NCBI GenBank assembly: GCA_937907055.1
Contig: CALCTW010000072.1
Coordinates: 1-20,889, forward strand
Length of the DNA stretch: 20,889 bases
Reading direction: 5' to 3'
Source: an uncultured Clostridia bacterium
GTDB lineage: Bacteria > Bacillota > Clostridia > Christensenellales > Aristaeellaceae
Below, piece by piece: positions 7,894 through 14,363 of this stretch; positions within the stretch are counted from its first letter, which is position 1; each line of letters opens with the position of its first letter. Below the pieces are notes generated by a model. The model did no database searches and had not been told where the DNA came from. It saw nothing but the letters and a program-made list of their open reading frames with translations. The position numbers were made by a program, and so were the translations under genes.

Positions 7894-9558
7894 ATGAAAA
7901 AGTTGATAATGAAGAAACCGATGATAAAAGAAAAAATGATCTTGCTGCTTGGGCTTCTGCTCCTGTTATTGCCGTTCACAGCCGCAGCAGAATCGAAAAA
8001 GGAGTGGGAATTGACGTGTGATGCCAAACTGGCGGAAAACACGACGATCTATGCGATCGATATCGCGGCGGATGGCACAAAATCGGCGCGGGCGATCGGT
8101 TCTCTTCCGGCGGGTACCTATTTTCGGGTCAACAGCAAAGGGTTTGATGAAGAACTGCAGCTGAAGATGATCCGTTACTATCAGAATGGCGAGCAGAGCG
8201 CTTATATGGCGCGTTCCGCTCCGATCGCCAGTGCTTCCAAGATCATCTGGTTTACAGACGGCACGATGACACATCTTCCGGAAAATGTTGTGGCGGATCC
8301 GGCTGAGTTGCGTTCCTGGCTGAATACCACCTGCCCCGGGCATACGGTTTACGCCATTTCCAATGTCGGACAGGCCAGTCCACTTGAATTTCCTCAGACC
8401 TTTGACGGCACACAGACGACAATTCTCACCTCAGATCAGGCTGCCGCTGTGAATCCGGGCGGAACGCCGCGTCCGTACACCGGCGGCACCGCGAAGGATC
8501 CTTCTGTCAACACATCCGGCTATGTGGAAGGGGAGTGGAACATCAGCACAGAAATCTCTGCTGAAGAACAGGCCTTCAATGCGTCTTGTCCTCATCGCCT
8601 GAAGCGTACGGTCTGGGGCTATTCCGATGCGCATATGACGAGCAAATACGAGAAGATCAATATCGGCACCTATGTGAATATCATGACTGATTTCAACGAT
8701 GTCGTGAAGATCGCCTATTATAAAAACGGTGTGCGCCATACCGCATATGTTGAACGCGTGGATCTTCTGGGGGCTTATACGCAGTATGTTGATCGTCAGG
8801 GAAACGCGCAGACAGTCTATACCGGAGATCCCGATTATGAGGCCATTCTTTCCGGCTGTGAGGTGACCTTTCAGGCAGAGTCCATCACTCAGGGGTTGGA
8901 CACACTGGTGGCAGAAGAGCAGAACAGGAAAAACACGCCTGCCAAAGCTTCTGCTGAATCGAACGGAGCTGCCCATGCTTCGCAGGAGGCCGCAAGCACG
9001 GCATCCGGGAGCGAAGGTGAAAAAGTGGTCGTGAGCAGAGTCGGGGTCTCCACCACAATGATCGCGTATCAGGGTGAAACGATGGAAGTGCGCACCGCGC
9101 AACTTACCTTCAGCAAAAATGTGCCTTCATAGCATAAGGTGGCGGTCATCTACGCGCCTAAAACAGGAAAATGCACATTGCGAAAGAGCGCGTCCACCTC
9201 GTCCGCTGCATTGAAGAAGTGTAAGGCCGGTACGGTCGTCATCGTACTGGAACAGGGCGATAAAACCTGTAAGATCAATGTGAACGGCACCACTGGCTAT
9301 GTGCTGACCTCCTGTCTCAGATTTTATGACGCGAATACGCCCCTTTTGGGGGATGGCCAATTGTCCTATAATGGCAAAACAACGGGAAGAACTACCGTCA
9401 ATGTGCGCAATACACCGGAAAAGGGCAGTGCTGTCATCGGTGATTGGAAAACCGGCACGCAGGTGCAGGTCTTTTCACATGAAAATGGCTGGTATGAGAT
9501 CGAGTATCAGGGTATGCATGGCTATGTTCAGGAAAAATACCTGAATTTTGAGGAATAA
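7894..9558 (+). CDS. secreted multi-SH3b-repeat protein, one frame interrupted only by an in-frame TAG at 9130-9132
   Basis: The signal peptide region is MKKLIMKKPMIKEKMILLLGLLLLLLPFTAAA. Under the standard code the gene splits into 7894-9132 and 9139-9558, which share one frame. The downstream piece (HKVAVIYAPKTGKCTLRKSASTSSAALKKCKAGTVVIVLEQGD... and TVNVRNTPEKGSAVIGDWKTGTQVQVFSHENGWYEIEYQGMHGYVQEKYL) is two classic SH3b repeats. It has no ATG, no spaced RBS and no signal peptide. The final stop is TAA at 9556-9558. Confidence 0.78.
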
Positions 9559-9609
9559 CATGCCGCTTCAGTTTTTACATGTGCCGTCCTCTCTTGCATT
9601 CTCTATCGG

Positions 9610-9653
9610 TTGACAACCTGTTCTGAAAGACATACAATACTCATGATCATGAG
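9610..9653 (+). promoter_or_regulatory. sigma-A type promoter followed by a perfect 14-bp palindrome (candidate operator)
   Basis: TTGACA (9610-9615), a 17-nt spacer, then TACAAT (9633-9638). The palindrome CTCATGATCATGAG (9640-9653) sits at about the transcription start, 60 nt upstream of the VanW-family gene. Confidence 0.6.
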
Positions 9654-9713
9654 ACTGGGTCTTTTCGTGATTTTTCGCCTCATCTCCCGGTCTCCGCGAA
9701 AGGAAAACACTGC

Positions 9714-10685
9714 ATGAAACGTTTCCTGTCTCTGCTGCTCATTTTGTTCCTTCTGCCGCTCAGCGCGTTTGCCGCGCCGGACCCGCAGGCATTGTATGTC
9801 TGCAAATCCGCGCGGGATTTTCATCTGCGCGATAAGCCGGACGGACGTTTTGTGGAATCGGTTCCCGATGCCAGCACCGTCTATATTCTGGAATGGCCCG
9901 CGGAGGAGGAATGGGTCTATGCCAGCTATAAAGGGCAGCGCGGTTATGCCAAGCTGGCCTGGCTGTATCAGATCCGCTCGCTGGATCCGGCCAACGCGCC
10001 GCTTCACAATGTGCCGAATGCCGTGGAAGGCATGCTAGTGCTGAAGGAGCAGGTGCTCATCAAGGCCGGTGATTATGAGGGCACGCTGCTGGAGGCTGGC
10101 GATACCGTGTGCGGCCGCCCGGACGGCGAGGGCAATTACATCGTTCCCGTATGGCGGAGCGAGCTGATCCTCACTTCCGAACAGGCAGATTTTGTGCCTT
10201 TTGCCGATCCTGCCGAGGCGGAGCCCGGCGATGTCATCGGTGCCTTCACCACCTTCTACGGCGATCAGCAGGGGAAGGGCAAGGCCAAGGAACGCGAGTT
10301 CAACATCATGGAAGGTTCTGTCCGCACTAATGGCGCCACCGTGCAGCCGGGGGAGTCATTCTCCTTCAACGCGCTGTGCTATCCCTATTCCAAAAAGAAC
10401 GGCTATCAGCTGGCCCCAAATATCAGCAAGAAGGGCACGGGCTACGGCGGCGGCATCTGCCAGTTTACCACCACGCTCTATAATGCCCTGCTGACCACCC
10501 CGCTGCTGATCACGGAATGGGCGGTGCATCGCTATAATGGTGTGGCTTACGTGCCGCAGCTCTTTGATGCCGCGGTCGGTGATTATTCCGATCTGGCCTT
10601 CACCAACACTCTCTCTTATCCTGTCAGGCTGGACTCCACAGTGGAGAACGGCGTGATCAACACCTTTATCGTTCGGGCGGATTGA
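9714..10685 (+). CDS. VanW-family protein with an N-terminal SH3b-like segment, secreted
   Basis: The signal peptide is MKRFLSLLLILFLLPLSAFA. The SH3b-like segment is FHLRDKPDGRFVESVPDASTVYILEWPAEEEWVYASYKGQRGYAKLAWL. The VanW signature is GTGYGGGICQFTTTLYNALL. The stop is TGA. Confidence 0.85.
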   Translation: MKRFLSLLLILFLLPLSAFAAPDPQALYVCKSARDFHLRDKPDGRFVESVPDASTVYILEWPAEEEWVYASYKGQRGYAKLAWLYQIRSLDPANAPLHNVPNAVEGMLVLKEQVLIKAGDYEGTLLEAGDTVCGRPDGEGNYIVPVWRSELILTSEQADFVPFADPAEAEPGDVIGAFTTFYGDQQGKGKAKEREFNIMEGSVRTNGATVQPGESFSFNALCYPYSKKNGYQLAPNISKKGTGYGGGICQFTTTLYNALLTTPLLITEWAVHRYNGVAYVPQLFDAAVGDYSDLAFTNTLSYPVRLDSTVENGVINTFIVRAD

Positions 10686-10709
10686 TCCCTTCTTTTGTCC
10701 CGGATACGC

Positions 10710-10737
10710 AAAAAAGCAGCCTTCGAGCTGCTTTTTT
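10710..10737 (+). terminator. rho-independent (potentially bidirectional) terminator
   Basis: AAAAAAGCAGC-cttcga-GCTGCTTTTTT is a hairpin with an A-tract before it and a T-tract after it, between convergent gene ends. Confidence 0.8.
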
Positions 10738-10763
10738 ACGTTTCCAGTATAGCACATTTGCAA

Positions 10764-10819
10764 GTGACCTGCAATGAACCTCTTGTGACATTTGGTGACT
10801 TTAAGTGACTTTAAGTGAC
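10764..10819. repeat. five phased GTGAC motifs (iteron-like direct repeats)
   Basis: GTGAC occurs at 10764, 10785, 10795, 10805 and 10815. The last three form the tandem GTGACTTTAA-GTGACTTTAA-GTGACC with exact 10-bp spacing. Confidence 0.6.
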
Positions 10820-10985
10820 CTGTTTTAACAATTTTGTAACATATCAAGCTGAATTTGTCCCCTGTAAACCGGACACGGGAAAGCATCTAAATCGCAGATA
10901 CCGGATGTTATCTCCCGGTTCGTCAGCATGCGACCTGATCGGATCAGTACACTTTGGCATCTGTGTGCATAACGATCAGCTTACC

Positions 10986-11354
10986 CTATGAACCGTCCTC
11001 GTTCCTTATGCCTCCTTCGATCCGTAATCTGTATTCGCCGTTCACGATACCGCTTATCCCGCTTGCAGCCGCGTTTCCGACAAATTGAAGATCGTCCCAT
11101 GTGCAGACTGTGATCCATGATCCGTACACGCGCTTTTGCAGCATGATCCGAATAAAGCTGCCCGTCTGTTTCTGGTCATAGGGCACGATCAAACCGTAAA
11201 TGATAGCATTGAAGTCGCGCAGATCCATATATCCGATGCATTTGTACAGACTATCATAAACGGGATGCTTTTCTGACACTTCACAAAGAACGTTTACGTT
11301 GATCGAAGACATGAGCAGCAGGATCAATAAGAATATCGCAATGATCTTTTTCAT
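10986..11354 (-). CDS. small secreted protein of unknown function (ends at TAG; in-frame extension possible to 10944)
   Basis: An AAGGAG RBS lies 7 nt before ATG (11354-11352). The signal peptide is MKKIIAIFLLILLLMSSINVNVLC. The ORF stops at TAG (10988-10986). Reading through adds GKLIVMHTDAKVY and then TGA at 10946-10944. Confidence 0.6.
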   Translation of the reverse strand: MKKIIAIFLLILLLMSSINVNVLCEVSEKHPVYDSLYKCIGYMDLRDFNAIIYGLIVPYDQKQTGSFIRIMLQKRVYGSWITVCTWDDLQFVGNAAASGISGIVNGEYRLRIEGGIRNEDGS

Positions 11355-11365
11355 AACCAAGCTCC

Positions 11366-12130
11366 TTATTCTTCTGAAACGATGTGGTGAACACTCTGCG
11401 CGATCTGAATGGCGTTTTCAAGATCAATCGGGGATGATACGACAAACCATTTATCATCAACACTCCAGATGATCGTGAACATATTGAATGTGCCCTCTTT
11501 TATTTCGCATTCCTTCTCGATCACAAAAGCCGGATTGCCATTCAGGGTCATATTTGACAGTTGTGCTTCTTTTATGTCTATCAGAAGGTGCGTGTTATCG
11601 TCACATTCATCATAGGAAACGAAACCGGAATTGTCGTTGGAAAAGAGCATTACATTTTTCCCGGTTTCTGATACCCATATCCTATCATATTCCGCCGGTG
11701 TGAAGGCCGGATAGTATTCACCTTTGTAACCTGAGGGCACAGTGAAAACATCGGTAGGTTCAAGGTGAATATTGGCGTAGCCGGAATCAAGACTCATCAC
11801 CAGATTCATGATACTGCTGCGGATATAAGGGTTGCTTGCAACAGCCACAGGTACACCGATGAGGATCCCCATCAGCAGAACGATGATAACCGACATGGTT
11901 TTAACAAGGCGGCTCGTATGTGCGCTGTTTATTCTGTCTGTGTCCGGAGAACGTTTGTCCGAAGCCCGTTTCATCTTCAACCATTGTTGATGCGTGAACT
12001 GAATGGGGGTGATCTCTTCGGCTGTTTCTGTATCCTCGTCCGGGGGTTCGGCTTCATTGATCAGCGACAGACGGATCAATTCGTCCCAAAGCTGATCTTC
12101 TGAATAATCTATTGTTCTTCTTTTGATCAT
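11366..12130 (-). CDS. single-pass membrane protein, DUF4367-like putative anti-sigma factor
   Basis: The start ATG overlaps the stop of the upstream sigma gene (ATGA at 12130-12127). The layout is a cytoplasmic N-terminal region, one TM segment (MSVIIVLLMGILIGVPVAVA), then an extracytoplasmic domain. This is the usual arrangement of Clostridial sigma/anti-sigma pairs. The stop is TAA. Confidence 0.65.
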   Translation of the reverse strand: MIKRRTIDYSEDQLWDELIRLSLINEAEPPDEDTETAEEITPIQFTHQQWLKMKRASDKRSPDTDRINSAHTSRLVKTMSVIIVLLMGILIGVPVAVASNPYIRSSIMNLVMSLDSGYANIHLEPTDVFTVPSGYKGEYYPAFTPAEYDRIWVSETGKNVMLFSNDNSGFVSYDECDDNTHLLIDIKEAQLSNMTLNGNPAFVIEKECEIKEGTFNMFTIIWSVDDKWFVVSSPIDLENAIQIAQSVHHIVSEE

Positions 12131-12687
12131 TCCGCGTCAACCTCCTCCTGTATTTTGATTTGAATCAGCTTCCGTGCGCGTCTGATATATTGATTGATAC
12201 TGTTCGGTGAAAGGCCTGTTCGCTTTGCGATCTCTCGATTGCTCATTCCCAGGATCAGCTTCATACGAAATATCATTTTCATGCTGTCGGGCAAAGCCTG
12301 AACAGCATGCTGCACGTGATTTATCAGTTGCTTGTTTTCAAACACTTCCATCGTGCTGACAGAAGTTTCGTTTAACTGCAATTCTTCCACATTGATGACT
12401 GTCTTTAACTTTCCGCGCTGGGTATGCATGGCGATGGTATCAAGTGAAGTGTTTTTGACAGTTGTCAGTATGTATTGCTTCAAACTTTTTGCAGGCAGTT
12501 TCTTTAATTGATCAATGCGCCTGAATAACCGGACGCAGCTTTCTGAAACAGCATCCTATTCCAAACAATACGCACCGGCATATTTTCTTGCGATCTTCAG
12601 CATGTCGGATCCGTATGTTTCGTATAATTGTTCCATATACAGAATGCTTTCATCATCCTGTGCAGGATCTAAAAACAGCAGTATCAT
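12127..12687 (-). CDS. sigma-70 family (ECF-like) sigma factor, one frame interrupted only by an in-frame TAG at 12558-12556
   Basis: The standard-code ORF 12127-12483 encodes only regions 3/4 (LPDSMKMIFRMKLILGMSNREIAKRTGLSPNSINQYIRRARKLI) and begins at a TTG. The same frame continues upstream: MILLFLDPAQDDESILYMEQLYETYGSDMLKIARKYAGAYCLE[TAG]DAVSESCVRLFRRIDQLKKLPAKSLKQYILTTVKN. This supplies region 2. ATG is at 12687-12685, with AAGGAG 12 nt upstream. The stop is TGA. Confidence 0.72.
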
Positions 12688-12945
12688 TGCCGGGTGTTAC
12701 TCCTTTCGGTAACAAGGTTATCCCTATTCACTATTATATACGATTCTCGTATCAGATCTGTGACTTGTTGGATCGCATTATGTAAAATTTCAGGGAAACT
12801 GTCACATTTCCATGGCAGAATAAGTATAATAGATGAGAACAGCAGTAATTGCATCTTGAAAGGAGGGATTGTGAATCCGATCCTGCTGAAGTTCTCATAC
12901 GAAAACCGCTTGACTTGTAAAATAGCGGAGAGAAGAGGAGAATAC

Positions 12946-13512
12946 ATGAAAAAGGGTGTATTTGGAATTGTAGTTCTTTGTTTGTTGACAATATGTTCAT
13001 TTGCTTATGCGGATTGCAGTGTTTGTGGTGGTAACAACAAAACAACTGTTAATCGTCCGACAAAATGGATTGATGATATTGTTTTTGATACTCATACTCA
13101 ATATTATGTGGTTGACTCTTATTGCGCAGATTGCGGAAATTTTTTAGAAAGCACAACGAAAGAGTACAGAGATAGATCATATGCGCATATTTGGAGTATT
13201 GAATGTATTAACATTACATATCACAATGATACCAACTATCATTGGAAGGAGGGAAAACGGATTAAGCGATGTGAAGCATGCAATAAAATGATTACACTTG
13301 ACGAAAATGTGATCTATGATTCATAGTCTCACTATATGTCATCTTCTTATTTTGAAGATGCAGGGCATATTGGTGCACGACATTACTATGTAGTTATCTG
13401 TGGTAATGTGCATTGCAGTCGTTACTATACGATTTCTATTCCGTGTAAAGGCGGTTCTACACATGTCGCACCACTGTCTGTTGATCCAAATCCCAATACT
13501 GATATACAGTGA
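12946..13512 (+). CDS. small secreted Cys-rich (CxxC-repeat) protein, one frame interrupted only by an in-frame TAG at 13324-13326
   Basis: An AGAGGAG RBS lies 5 nt before ATG 12946. The signal peptide is MKKGVFGIVVLCLLTICSFAYA. Motifs are CSVC, CADC and CEAC before the TAG. After it, 61 more sense codons (62 codons counting the TGA stop) repeat the same theme (HYYVVICGNVHCSRYY versus the earlier QYYVVDSYCADCGN). The stop is TGA at 13510-13512. Confidence 0.68.
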
Positions 13513-13533
13513 TGTATGAAAGAGGTGTCGAAA

Positions 13534-14181
13534 GTGAAAAGGCATGTCGTTTTCTTACTGTGCTTGCTTTATCTTTTTTTGCTTGGCACAGCATTTGCGG
13601 ATCCTGTACCTGCCGATGATGCGCTTGAAAAATAGTTGCGTTATATTGCGGAGATATGGATGGGGGACATCATACCGGAGGAATAGTGCTTTACCGAGAC
13701 TACGGTAAAAGATGAACAGGGGAATACACTTGATGTCGAAGCATATTTATGTTAGGACAAAGACGAAACTACAGGTCAGGAGTATCTTCTGTTTGCGAAA
13801 ATATAGGAAAACAAGACCTCACTGCTCAGAATTTACTTGAACCATCAGAGAATCGAACCTGAGGTGGATGAGACTGCGGCAATTGATGCAGAAACCGCGG
13901 CGAGGCTTTTTTTGCGGATATGCGAACAGAATGAAGCCTTTGGTAACAGAGGTGATATGACACATGAACAATTCTTAAAAGAATGCGATTGCGAACTCTT
14001 TTCACCGGAACAAATGCGGTATACAGATCAGTCATTATGGACAAGCGTCCTGAAAGTTAACGGAACAGAAGGCAGCACGATTGTGGAACTTCTGTGGGAT
14101 GCATCAACGATGAGCATCGAACGTGTTATGTTGATGACAGAATCCCCGGATTCGTTTGCTTTCATACACTTAATGAGGTAA
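13534..14181 (+). CDS. small secreted protein of unknown function whose frame contains four in-frame TAG codons
   Basis: An AAGAGG RBS lies 8 nt before GTG 13534; an in-frame ATG at 13516 is an alternative start. The signal peptide is KRHVVFLLCLLYLFLLGTAFA. The frame is a 215-codon frame plus its TAA stop, with no internal TAA or TGA in AT-rich DNA. TAG codons are at 13633, 13684, 13753 and 13804. The standard-code ORF track shows only 13837-14181. The stop is TAA at 14179-14181. Confidence 0.65.
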
Positions 14182-14298
14182 ATGTGAAGGAACACGAAAT
14201 ATACGATCGACAGATATTGCGTTTGACAGCAATGAGGTTTGAAGTACACATATCTGAATCCGGATTCTCTTGCTTTGAGAGGAAGCCTGTATATTCGT

Positions 14299-14342
14299 AA
14301 AAAACCGAGCCCCCGATGCCGTCTGTTCGGCGTCGGGGGCTC
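14299..14342 (-). terminator. rho-independent terminator of the SulP gene
   Basis: On the minus strand, GAGCCCCCGACGCCG-aacaga-CGGCATCGGGGGCTC is followed by GGTTTTTT. Confidence 0.85.
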
Positions 14343-14363
14343 GTGCTGATCACATATGGATCT

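Larger units (their letters stand above)
10740..14300. other. low-GC islet (compositionally distinct accessory segment)
   Basis: Hand counts of sample lines give roughly mid-30s to about 40 percent GC inside the islet. The flanking ppdK-to-vanW and sulP regions give high-50s to about 60 percent. The islet starts just after the vanW terminator and ends at the sulP terminator. I recognised no integrase, transposase or flanking direct repeat. Confidence 0.55.

Noticed and set aside
10764-10819. Possible CRISPR array or minisatellite.
   Set aside because: The repeat unit is only 10 bp with no spacers of CRISPR size, only about three tandem units occur, and there are no cas genes. It is reported instead as an iteron-like motif array.
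12870-12945. Alternative upstream start (GTG 12870 after AAAGGAGGG) for the Cys-rich protein gene.
   Set aside because: The RBS-to-start spacing is only about 3-4 nt, and it would put 25 extra residues before the signal peptide. ATG 12946 with AGAGGAG 5 nt upstream gives a canonical signal peptide. The upstream start is still possible.
1090-14181. Explaining the in-frame TAGs as ordinary pseudogenes or sequencing errors.
   Set aside because: All eight interruptions are the same codon. There is not a single internal TAA or TGA or frameshift in these genes. The downstream frames remain open and domain-bearing, and the affected genes lie in both the high-GC and low-GC parts. This explanation remains the null hypothesis until checked at read level and genome-wide.
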